Part shown: positions 1-8,639 of the stretch, piece after piece
Layout of the letters: each line of letters starts with the position of its first letter
Numbering within the stretch: position 1 is the stretch's first letter
Assembly: GCA_964356745.1 (NCBI GenBank)
Contig: CAYHIW010000001.1
Location: forward strand, 8,966 to 72,965
DNA: 64,000 nucleotides
Direction: 5' to 3'
DNA from: an uncultured Gammaproteobacteria bacterium
GTDB taxonomy: Bacteria; Patescibacteriota; Microgenomatia; UBA1406; GWC2-37-13
The notes under the pieces: model-generated
Seen by the model: the letters and a program-made list of their open reading frames with translations, nothing else
Told to the model about the DNA's origin: nothing
The model's database searches: none
Program-made: the position numbers and the translations under genes

Positions 1-2
1 TT

Positions 3-965
3 AACACCTACCCCACCGCCAGTTTAAAACAATTATTTCCTGACATTTATGTAAACCCCTGGACTGTGGGAAACTCGGTACTCAACATTCTCCCCAACAT
101 TCTCACGACAGCTATTCGAACCATAGCAGGTACTATTGGAGGTATTGGTATTCTTAAACTTGTTGATTATTTAATTCTCGAAACACCAATAAAAGGCTTA
201 ACTAATATTGGAGCTGAGGCTAGCGGTTCCGTCCTAGGCTTTGGTGGTGGAGGAGGAGGAAACATTGGTGGACTACCATGGTTTATCTTATGGCCCATCA
301 GAATTATTATATTTTTAATAAGTTATGGTTTTGCCGCTCCTTTTTTCATAGCCATACTCATATTGCTGTCGCTTCTTGGTATTATTTTCAGAATTTTTTT
401 TATACTTATGAAAGCGTATATCGAAATACTACTTCTCATTATTTTTTCTCCAATCATACTTTTGTTAGAAGCTATACCTGGACAAAAAATATTTTCCATG
501 TGGTTTAAGCATTTATTCGTTAATTTACTCATGTTTCCTTTAGTAATTGCTTTAATCTTGATCTCTAATATCATCATTGGAATTCAAACTAAAAACCCCG
601 ACGCTGTTTGGCAACCTCCATTTCTCTATGGAATCGATGCAAAATCCTTTTCTGTTCTTGTTGGCACGATAATGCTATTTATTATCCCCGACCTTTTAAA
701 AACAACCAAAGCTGCACTTGGCATAAAAGACTCACCTCTCAAAGTTGGACTATCTACTTTGTTTGGCGGAGCAACGGGATTAGCTGCAGGAGCATATGGT
801 GGACTGAGTTCATACGGTCATGTCGGATATGCTTTGAGTCATATTCCTGGAGGGGCGAACTTATTAACGAATCTTACTTCACGATTTACTGGTATCGGTA
901 AAGCTTTCGGAAGAAGACCAAGACCACAAGCTGTTAAAATTGAACCTGGACAATCATTTGACTAA
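3..965 (+). CDS. polytopic membrane protein with Gly-run loop, possibly TrbL/VirB6-like; 5' end probably outside window
   Basis: Frame is open from nt 3 and there is no SD before the GTG at 66. At least 6 hydrophobic helices and a GFGGGGGGNIGG loop. Lies next to a T4SS-pilin-like gene. The family assignment is inference only. Confidence 0.6.
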   Translation, partial: NTYPTASLKQLFPDIYVNPWTVGNSVLNILPNILTTAIRTIAGTIGGIGILKLVDYLILETPIKGLTNIGAEASGSVLGFGGGGGGNIGGLPWFILWPIRIIIFLISYGFAAPFFIAILILLSLLGIIFRIFFILMKAYIEILLLIIFSPIILLLEAIPGQKIFSMWFKHLFVNLLMFPLVIALILISNIIIGIQTKNPDAVWQPPFLYGIDAKSFSVLVGTIMLFIIPDLLKTTKAALGIKDSPLKVGLSTLFGGATGLAAGAYGGLSSYGHVGYALSHIPGGANLLTNLTSRFTGIGKAFGRRPRPQAVKIEPGQSFD

Positions 966-979
966 TTTAGATATATCTT

Positions 980-1747
980 CTAACTAAATCCAGGAATCCT
1001 CAATATTGTTACACCTAGAATTTGGAGTATAAAGACAGAAAACAATATTACAAAAAGTCCTAAAATACACGACGTAAGATATTCTCTCGCCTTTTTAACT
1101 CTTTCAGGATTACCACGAGAAGTCTGAAGTAAAAAGGACGAGTACATTATACAAATTAATGATAATCCTGACGCAATGCCAATTCCCCATCCAAAAACTG
1201 TCTCACGAAGAAATGTTTTAAGATCTGTTTTAAAACAACCCATACCCGTCCATATACCCGCTCCATTTTGAACACAACTGAGACAATCTGTCTTTTCGTT
1301 TGAGGAATGTATGGTCTTACACAAATTGGCTAGACTAGGAGCGGATCCTACAATACACCTACACTCCCCTCCTATATTTTCTGCATTACCCTCAAAACAT
1401 TTCGGCTGTTCTCCAGCTCCAAAAGTATGTTTAATAAAGTTAGCTGTAGTATTAACTATTTGATTTCCAACTAACGAAAATATTGCATTTATTGGAGAAA
1501 CAATTCTATCAAAAATCCAACCTACGACTGGGATATCCGGATGCGGTATTTTAAAATTAATATCTATGTTTCCGTTATTGCAACACTTATTATTAGCAGT
1601 TCCACATTTAAGCTGGTCTTCAAATTTTTCAAGTTGGTTTGCATCTATTACGTCCGCATTTACAACTTGGGAATTTACAAAAGGTAAAAATAGCAGATTT
1701 ATAATAAATGCCGATGTCACCAATTTTAATATGTAGGAAGTCATCAC
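980..1747 (-). CDS. secreted Cys-rich protein with C-terminal TrbC/VirB2-like (T4SS pilin-type) two-helix module
   Basis: N-terminal signal peptide (LLFLPFVNSQVVNA). About 10 Cys in the mature domain. The C-terminus (GIGIASGLSLICIMYSSFLLQTSRGNPERVKKAREYLTSCILGLFVILFSVFIL) shares the TM-G-x-E-x-KA-x-G-TM pattern with ORFs 16172 and 16486. Confidence 0.6.
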   Translation of the reverse strand: MMTSYILKLVTSAFIINLLFLPFVNSQVVNADVIDANQLEKFEDQLKCGTANNKCCNNGNIDINFKIPHPDIPVVGWIFDRIVSPINAIFSLVGNQIVNTTANFIKHTFGAGEQPKCFEGNAENIGGECRCIVGSAPSLANLCKTIHSSNEKTDCLSCVQNGAGIWTGMGCFKTDLKTFLRETVFGWGIGIASGLSLICIMYSSFLLQTSRGNPERVKKAREYLTSCILGLFVILFSVFILQILGVTILRIPGFS

Positions 1748-1793
1748 TTATATATCTTAGTAAGATTACCTCTTATTTTCAATTGAATTACAT

Positions 1794-4790
1794 CTATCGC
1801 TTCTTTGATTCGTCTTTTAAAACTCCTCGAAGAGTAGCGTATAAATATAGCACAAGCAGTAGTGGTAATTTTCTTGTAATAAAGTCTTTGAATAAATCTT
1901 TTTTTGTAGAAGCATACTGTTCTCTAAGCACTTTTCCTGGAGTCATATTTTGAGTCTCATGAATTATCTTATTACCTAATGGTATACCCATAAACTTTCT
2001 TTCAATAACTAATGGTCTATCTGGTAATCCTCCCTGATAACTCAAGTCGTATGGGCCTTCTTTTGGCAAGATTCTTTCACGCTCACAAGTAGTAATAAAT
2101 AAGTCTACATCATCAGGATCCCACTCCCAAACACCGCGCCATGTTCCTGCAAAATGTGCTGCGAGTGAGTTTGGTCTTCCTGCAGTTAACAATTTTGTAA
2201 TCAGATTGGTAGACGCCACATCTTTCTTAAAATAAGCAGTGGTCAACCCTACCATGTACGTTGCAAATCTTGTTGAAATCTCCTGACCATGTATCTGTTC
2301 CAATATAGTCTTCATTGATTTCAAGCTTTTGGTTAACTCCCCCATATCTTTGTTTTGACTAATCGAGATTGGATGAAGAAGGTCTAGATATTTCTGCATT
2401 TCTTGAACAACTCCTTGTTCAATCTGACCAGTATCTTTTAGGGATCTCGATAGAGTTCTTGGCCCTGATGAACGAAAAGCTAAAAACGCAGTGTCCAACT
2501 CTTCCGTTGCTAACGCAAACGGAATTTCTCTATTTTTAATCTTACCTTGAAGAGTATCTAACGCATTTTTATCCTGTACTACGTCATTAATGGTATGAAA
2601 TAATCTCACTACTTTCTCAGTATCGTACGACGAACCCGTTAAGTACTTTCTAATACTCTCTTCGGTAACTTTATAGTCATCTGTTTGAAACTGTGAGAGA
2701 TCTTTTTTATCATCTGGTTGCTTCTTGAGAAAGTCCCTCATCTGTTCACTTATATCTGCTCGCAGTTTCACCTCGACAAACTCCAAGCCCCTCATAATTT
2801 TAGTAAGTTCATCACTGTCCCATCCGAGCTTTAATCGCGTCAGTTCCCACAATCTTATACCACCTTCTGCTTGACGATCCCTCTCAATTCGTACCACCTT
2901 TGTTGGCATACGTTGATGTAATAAATTAATGAATACTTTACTCATAAAAGATCCTTCGTATTCTTGTAGTTTTGGTTTTATCTTTTTTATTTTTTGCTTT
3001 ATTCTAGCCTTATCTTTATCGTTTGCCTTTTGTAATTGCGCTTCAAGACTGGTATGTTCTGCACGTAGATTGTGATATTCCTCTTGAGGGAAAAGACTAG
3101 ATAAATCAGAATTGTTTAGATATTTCTTACCTAGATAAGAAAAAAGCTCGTCTTTTTGCTTATCAGTCATTGCGAAAATCTTCTCCTTATCGTCTAACGT
3201 TTTCACTGCTTCGTATCCGATATTTTCAAGTGCCCTAAAAGATGCCGGGTAATCTAACGTATTTGCCGTGCTACCCTCATACTGCAACCACCCTTCAGTT
3301 GCAGCTACCATACGCCAGCCACCTCGCGTAATAAGACTTCCCCCTCGTCCAATATTAGGAAGGACATCAATAAACATTGTCCCACCAGTCATTTTCTGAT
3401 CAATCTTACCTTCTAGGAAGGATGCTTTAAAAGCTTCTAAATTTTCCCACAACTTAGTATGATCCCATTTTCGCATAAGCTTTGGGTCTGTCATCCATAC
3501 AGGCATATAAATCAATGGACCTTTATCAACTCCTTCGGCCTGCCAACGTAAAAAGTGGTGTAAGGGATTTAGCGGTGTTAATGCAGCAGTGTCATTTGTA
3601 TAATAACTACGAAATGTTGGGAGTCCTTTATCAAACGTTACGTTTGGATCTGCCCATGCAGCAGTCTCCACCTCGCTTAACCAAATACCCTTGGCCAATC
3701 CTATCCCCATAGAAAGAGCTCGACGAAGTCTCCACTGCTCTCCACCGTCATCAAGTTCGGGATAGAATTGCTTAAGATCTTCTGAAACACGCTGTTGAAA
3801 TTCAGATTCGATTTTAAAAAAGTCGTCACTAAACATATCGGACTGGTGTATCCATCCATTTTGAACAAACTCTTCCTCTAGATATTTTGTGTAAAGCCTA
3901 AATGCCGTCATAAACTTGTCGCTGTCTGGAAGATGCATCATGGTGTCAATATCACCCGAGTTAATCTTTTCTGCATAAGCGCCCAGCTGTCCCCAAAACC
4001 CATTCTCTCCCCCTTGCTGAAAATAAAAGGACCTCACGTTATGTAAATATTCTCTGATGTGATCTTCTGTGTCTAGTTGATTTGCTATATTGTCCAGAAA
4101 CTCAGAGAGTCCAACTTCCTGTCGACCAGGAGTCGGAATACACTTAGTCACGGTAATAAGCTTTTTAGGATTGTCTGGATCGTTTGTGTCAATTTCTTTT
4201 TGACCTAAATCACGAATTGCATGAAGTCTTAAAAAGGCCTTATCCATTAATCCTTCTGGTAGATGCTTCGCCTCATTTTCCAATCGTAACGACATTGCAC
4301 GAATTGCAGTCTTGAAGTGTTCTGTCGCAGACTCAATATTGTCATAAAATCCTCCCTTACGCTTAATTGTTTCAAAATCTTCCCTGGGACGTTCACGATC
4401 AACACGTGAAAACATCTTGCTAAACGTAAGTACAATTTTCCCTTCCATAATTCTACTTATCTCTTCTTCAAGTTCTGTTCCCTCTGGAGCTCGATGATGT
4501 CTTGCATGAAATTTAGCCTGCGCTTCGCCTGTAATTTTTTGTACTAAAACATCAAGACCATTGAGGGTATAAAGAGCTTTCACTGTCTCTTGATCTCCTT
4601 GTTCTAAAAACGTCCTGTAATAATTGTTCCAATCTTGATCAAACTTATGTTCGCCCATCTCCTCATTATTAGGATGGGATTTATCGGGCAACTCTCTTTC
4701 TGTAGGTCTTCTTGTTTGTTCTGTTCTTGGTTCTTCAACGGGTTTTATTGGCTCGTCTTTTGGAATTGGTCTTTCATTGTGTTCTGCCAT
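1794..4790 (-). CDS. 998-aa hypothetical protein, charged N-terminus, C-terminal tail anchor
   Basis: Uninterrupted 998-codon ORF from an ATG start. No Walker A or other motif I recognise. Single C-terminal hydrophobic helix KLPLLLVLYLYATL. Confidence 0.8.
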   Translation of the reverse strand: MAEHNERPIPKDEPIKPVEEPRTEQTRRPTERELPDKSHPNNEEMGEHKFDQDWNNYYRTFLEQGDQETVKALYTLNGLDVLVQKITGEAQAKFHARHHRAPEGTELEEEISRIMEGKIVLTFSKMFSRVDRERPREDFETIKRKGGFYDNIESATEHFKTAIRAMSLRLENEAKHLPEGLMDKAFLRLHAIRDLGQKEIDTNDPDNPKKLITVTKCIPTPGRQEVGLSEFLDNIANQLDTEDHIREYLHNVRSFYFQQGGENGFWGQLGAYAEKINSGDIDTMMHLPDSDKFMTAFRLYTKYLEEEFVQNGWIHQSDMFSDDFFKIESEFQQRVSEDLKQFYPELDDGGEQWRLRRALSMGIGLAKGIWLSEVETAAWADPNVTFDKGLPTFRSYYTNDTAALTPLNPLHHFLRWQAEGVDKGPLIYMPVWMTDPKLMRKWDHTKLWENLEAFKASFLEGKIDQKMTGGTMFIDVLPNIGRGGSLITRGGWRMVAATEGWLQYEGSTANTLDYPASFRALENIGYEAVKTLDDKEKIFAMTDKQKDELFSYLGKKYLNNSDLSSLFPQEEYHNLRAEHTSLEAQLQKANDKDKARIKQKIKKIKPKLQEYEGSFMSKVFINLLHQRMPTKVVRIERDRQAEGGIRLWELTRLKLGWDSDELTKIMRGLEFVEVKLRADISEQMRDFLKKQPDDKKDLSQFQTDDYKVTEESIRKYLTGSSYDTEKVVRLFHTINDVVQDKNALDTLQGKIKNREIPFALATEELDTAFLAFRSSGPRTLSRSLKDTGQIEQGVVQEMQKYLDLLHPISISQNKDMGELTKSLKSMKTILEQIHGQEISTRFATYMVGLTTAYFKKDVASTNLITKLLTAGRPNSLAAHFAGTWRGVWEWDPDDVDLFITTCERERILPKEGPYDLSYQGGLPDRPLVIERKFMGIPLGNKIIHETQNMTPGKVLREQYASTKKDLFKDFITRKLPLLLVLYLYATLRGVLKDESKKR

Positions 4791-4872
4791 ATCTTCGATT
4801 ATAACAGCTTGATAAAGTGAAAAAATTGAAAATGAAGATTTTGGGAAATAATGAAGGGCTAATATGATATAC

Positions 4873-5055
4873 TTAAGATTCCGCGGCTTTATTGAGTATA
4901 TTTACCGTTAACGAGTCTTTTCTTACTTCTTCCCACTTCCAACAATCGCTGCATAGAGATTTGAAAAGAAGAAAGTTGAGCAAGTCAAACAACAACGTTA
5001 AAGGAGTGAGGAGTAATAGGAGGATGTTAGAAAAGATCTTCTGACTTTTCTTCAT
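4873..5055 (-). CDS. small membrane protein (60 aa)
   Basis: ATG preceded by AAGGGAG 9 nt upstream on the minus strand. N-terminal hydrophobic helix. Overlaps the jag 3' end by 29 nt. Confidence 0.4.
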   Translation of the reverse strand: MKKSQKIFSNILLLLLTPLTLLFDLLNFLLFKSLCSDCWKWEEVRKDSLTVNILNKAAES

Positions 5056-5518
5056 GTTTTTCTGCTCCCTTAGAGTCGATCACCAATCGTCTATCTCTAC
5101 CCTCGCCTTGAGAATACGAGGTAAGATCTGGGTAATTTTTGGTTACATATTCATGTACGAGTTTTCGCTCATACGATGAAAGACCTCGAATATATGCAGA
5201 TGCATGTGTGTCTATTGCTTTTTGTGCGTATTTATCAGCAATCTCATGAAGTCGCTCTTCCTGTTTCTCTCGATAATCGTTTACGTTCATCAAGACCTCA
5301 ACCGATTCTCCAGCTTTCTTATACATGACAACTTCAAGTATTTTCTGAAGTGCTTTAATCGTCTCTCCGTGTCGTCCAATGACTACGGGTGCCTCTTCGT
5401 CAGTCTTAACGGTCACGTGATAAACACCAGCGTCTTCGGTGACTTCGACTTCAAACTTGTCGACGATCTTTGTAAGAAGTTCTTGAACCTCTGATTTAAT
5501 TATTTCTGCTTTATCCAT
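5027..5518 (-). CDS. jag: Jag/KhpB-like RNA-binding protein (KH + R3H)
   Basis: KH GxxG motif VIGRHGETIKAL. R3H motif ERKLVHEYV. Classical position downstream of yidC. Confidence 0.8.
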   Translation of the reverse strand: MDKAEIIKSEVQELLTKIVDKFEVEVTEDAGVYHVTVKTDEEAPVVIGRHGETIKALQKILEVVMYKKAGESVEVLMNVNDYREKQEERLHEIADKYAQKAIDTHASAYIRGLSSYERKLVHEYVTKNYPDLTSYSQGEGRDRRLVIDSKGAEKHEEKSEDLF

Positions 5519-5526
5519 ACGGACTT

Positions 5527-6330
5527 TTAACTTTTAGAGTTGCGATATTGTATTATACTGAAAATTGAAAAAATGTTCCAGTAAAGCGACAAACCAACCG
5601 GTAAACTAAACGCAAACCATCCAATAAATAGAGGGAATATGTATTTCATCTGCATGTTCATAGCTTTCTGAAAGTCTTCTCCCGAACTCGTCTTCTCTGC
5701 TTTTTTATCTTTTGATTCTTTGGTAGGCTTGCCATCCAAAGCTTTAGCGGCGGATGGTTGCATTGTCTGCGCCTGGTAATACTGTAAAACTGCAGTAATC
5801 ACGGGAATAAGATAGTAGTATCCAAGTCCTGCTTTTTGAGGTGACAGCGCAAGATTAAATCCAAGAAAACCAGGATCTATTGTGATTATTTTTAAGAATG
5901 GCGCATAAAGAACGCTGTTAATATTTGCAATGACCTTCGCGCCATTACCGTTGAGAAGAAATACCGACAATGTCTGATACAATCCAATGAAAATAGGAAT
6001 CTGAATGATCATGAACAAACAACCTGAAGCCGGATTGATACCCGCCTGTTGATACAACTTCATCTGTTCTTGCTGTAGTTTTGCTTTGTCTCCCTTATGT
6101 TTTTTCTGAATCTTATCCAAATGTGGTTTAAGCTCCTGCATTTTCTTGGCAGTATGAAGCTGCTTGTGAAAAAACGGGTTCAGGATAAGTCGAATAAATA
6201 CCGTCAATGCAATGATCGCAAATCCAAAAGCTCCAGGAAGGTGTACTTTCTCAAATAAAGTGTGGAATAAAACAAGGAGATTAAGTATTGGGATGACAAA
6301 AAGATCGTTGAAGAAGTTGTGAGATATCAT
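5527..6330 (-). CDS. yidC: membrane protein insertase YidC (short form)
   Basis: 5-TM Oxa1-type layout with a lysine-rich loop (KKHKGDKAKLQQEQMKLYQ). Synteny with rpmH and jag. Confidence 0.9.
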   Translation of the reverse strand: MISHNFFNDLFVIPILNLLVLFHTLFEKVHLPGAFGFAIIALTVFIRLILNPFFHKQLHTAKKMQELKPHLDKIQKKHKGDKAKLQQEQMKLYQQAGINPASGCLFMIIQIPIFIGLYQTLSVFLLNGNGAKVIANINSVLYAPFLKIITIDPGFLGFNLALSPQKAGLGYYYLIPVITAVLQYYQAQTMQPSAAKALDGKPTKESKDKKAEKTSSGEDFQKAMNMQMKYIFPLFIGWFAFSLPVGLSLYWNIFSIFSIIQYRNSKS

Positions 6331-6332
6331 TA

Positions 6333-6470
6333 TTATATAGTTAGCTTCTTACGCCCCTTAAGTCTTCTGCGTTTAATAACTGCTCTGCCGTCTTTGGTTG
6401 ACATTTTTTTCAAAAAACCATGCTTACGCAATCGTTTTTTCTTCTTTGGCTGATAAATTTGTTTTCCCAT
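6333..6470 (-). CDS. rpmH: 50S ribosomal protein L34
   Basis: Not in the ORF track (45 aa). Hand translation: [45 protein letters not shown]. Its ATG overlaps the valS TAA (TAATG). Confidence 0.9.
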   Translation of the reverse strand: MGKQIYQPKKKKRLRKHGFLKKMSTKDGRAVIKRRRLKGRKKLTI

Positions 6471-8611
6471 TAATTTTCTAAAATATATTTATTTTTAAAT
6501 TTGTGATGAACTGAGTCTGTGACAAACGGAACAAAGGGATGAAGAAGAACGAGACTCTTAAGCAAAACCTCTTCTAGCACCTTTAGAACACTAATATTAC
6601 CATTTTTTACTTCTTCTTTCAACTTTTCAATGTAATGATCCGCCAATCGGTGCCATACAAACTCATACGTCAACCCAAACGCCTGCGAATACTGATGCTT
6701 CTCCATCTGCAAATGATACTCTTTCTCAATTTTTTGAAACTCATTAGTTAATTCATCCATCGTTTCTTTTTGTTTTGAGTTGTCGTTTTGAACTTTGAAC
6801 TTTGAACTTTGAACTTGAGGAAGATTTGTGTAAACAAATCTTCCGATGTTCCATATCTTATTCGCAAAATTTCGCATTCCTCGCACTTTATCCTCTGAAA
6901 ATCGCTGATCCACACCCGCTCCTACTTCGAAAATTAAAGAAGCGCGAAGCGCATCTGCGCCATACTTATCAACCATGGTAAGAGGATTTACCACGTTACC
7001 TTTTGATTTACTCATCTTTTGCCCCTTAGAATCTCGTACCAGTCCGTGTAGATATACTTCTTTAAAGGGCACCTTCTCGGTCGCGTACAGTCCAAGCATG
7101 ATCATGCGACATACCCACCATGGCAAAATATCATAACCCGTCTCCATCACAGACGTAGGATAAAAATAATTGAAAAATGAATTGTCATCAAGCTTTTCAC
7201 TTTGCACTTTTAACTTTTCGCTTGAGCAACTCATCAAAGTTGCGAATGGCCACTGTCCCGAAGAAAACCACGTATCAAACGTATCAGTGTCTTGTTCAAA
7301 ATCACAATCTCCACAGATCTCACACTTCTTCGGCTTTTCCACACTCACAAACCACTCCTCGTCTTTCATACAACGATATGCCGGAATCCGTATTCCCCAT
7401 ACTATCTGCCGTGAAATATTCCAGTCATGAAAATTAGTAAGCCAGTCTATTGCTATTTTTTCAAACCGTTTTGGCGTAAACGAAATCTTCTTTGATTTTA
7501 TTGCTTTAACTGCATTCTCTGTAAGTGGCTTTACTTTTACAAACCACTGAGGCATAAGCATTGGCTCAAGTGTCCGTGCGCATTTATAACACGTCGAGAC
7601 AACGTGAATATAATCGTTATCCACTTTAGCCATTAAGCCTCTTTTTGTCAGATCCGCAACTACAAGCTCTCGCGCTTTTGCCACCTTGAGTCCTTCATAC
7701 TTCCCTGCAACCGCTGTTAATCGACCTTCAAAATTGATTGTTTGTTTAAACTCAAGATTGTGACGTTTGGCGATCTCAAAATCGTTGAAGTCGTGCGCTG
7801 GAGTTACCTTCATGACCCCAGTACCAAACTCTGGATCAACAACATCATCTGCGATAACTTTTAGTTTAAAAGCACCGTTCAAACCTTCTACTTCAACGTC
7901 TTTGCCAATCCACTGCGCATATCGTTTATCTTTGGGATTTACCACAACCGCAGTGTCACCAAACTTGGTCTCAGGACGGACTGTTGCAAGAGTAAACGGA
8001 CCATATTTCATATAATACAGAGGGTCTACTCTTTCGACGTGATTTACTTCCAAGTCAGAGAAGCTGGTACCACAGTGCGTACAGTAATTAACCAATCGAT
8101 TGTCTCTGTAGATAAGTCCCTCATCGAACATCTTCTTAAATGTTTTATATACTATGATCATTGTGTCTTCGTCGAGCGTGAACTTCTTCTTACTCCAGTC
8201 GAGAGCAAATCCTAGCTTACGCAGTTGATTCTCCATGTTTCCCCTATTTTGTTGCACAAAATCCCAGATCATTTGATAGAGCGTATCGCGATCGTAGTCA
8301 AATCTGCTTTTCCCTTCTTTTTTCAGATGCTTCTCAAATACAAACTGTGTCTCAAAACCAGCATGATCTGCGCCCGGCAACCACAATGTATTAAACCCTT
8401 GTAGTTTACGGTAGCGAATCATAATGTCTTCATATACATACATTGCATGCCCCATATGAAGATCTGCATTAGCGTTAGGTGGAGGAAGTATTATGCAGAA
8501 TGACTTTTCTTTCTTGAAATTTTTATCAATTGTGGCCTTAAAAAGATCTTTTTCTTCCCACTGTTGATACAGTAAATCTTCGTGCTCGGATGGAATAAAC
8601 GTTTTGTCCAC
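6470..8611 (-). CDS. valS: valyl-tRNA synthetase (short, no C-terminal coiled coil)
   Basis: [14 protein letters not shown] (HIGH), [19 protein letters not shown]. Contains an in-frame heptamer-repeat insert. Confidence 0.9.
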   Translation of the reverse strand: MDKTFIPSEHEDLLYQQWEEKDLFKATIDKNFKKEKSFCIILPPPNANADLHMGHAMYVYEDIMIRYRKLQGFNTLWLPGADHAGFETQFVFEKHLKKEGKSRFDYDRDTLYQMIWDFVQQNRGNMENQLRKLGFALDWSKKKFTLDEDTMIIVYKTFKKMFDEGLIYRDNRLVNYCTHCGTSFSDLEVNHVERVDPLYYMKYGPFTLATVRPETKFGDTAVVVNPKDKRYAQWIGKDVEVEGLNGAFKLKVIADDVVDPEFGTGVMKVTPAHDFNDFEIAKRHNLEFKQTINFEGRLTAVAGKYEGLKVAKARELVVADLTKRGLMAKVDNDYIHVVSTCYKCARTLEPMLMPQWFVKVKPLTENAVKAIKSKKISFTPKRFEKIAIDWLTNFHDWNISRQIVWGIRIPAYRCMKDEEWFVSVEKPKKCEICGDCDFEQDTDTFDTWFSSGQWPFATLMSCSSEKLKVQSEKLDDNSFFNYFYPTSVMETGYDILPWWVCRMIMLGLYATEKVPFKEVYLHGLVRDSKGQKMSKSKGNVVNPLTMVDKYGADALRASLIFEVGAGVDQRFSEDKVRGMRNFANKIWNIGRFVYTNLPQVQSSKFKVQNDNSKQKETMDELTNEFQKIEKEYHLQMEKHQYSQAFGLTYEFVWHRLADHYIEKLKEEVKNGNISVLKVLEEVLLKSLVLLHPFVPFVTDSVHHKFKNKYILEN
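6787..6818. repeat. heptanucleotide tandem repeat (TTTGAAC x4 plus partial) inside valS
   Basis: Read directly: tttgaac tttgaac tttgaac tttgaac ttga. Encodes QSSKFKVQ on the minus strand. Confidence 0.9.
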
Positions 8612-8639
8612 GAGTTATTATACCGTATAATAATTAGCT

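Noticed and set aside
66-68. GTG at 66 as the true start of the first ORF.
   Set aside because: The frame is open to nt 3 and no SD or promoter precedes the GTG. The gene more likely starts upstream of the window, so it is reported as 5'-partial.
7170-8015. Plus-strand ORFs inside valS (7170-7430, 7177-7437, 7767-8015).
   Set aside because: They are antisense to a strongly conserved aaRS gene and have no motifs or start signals.
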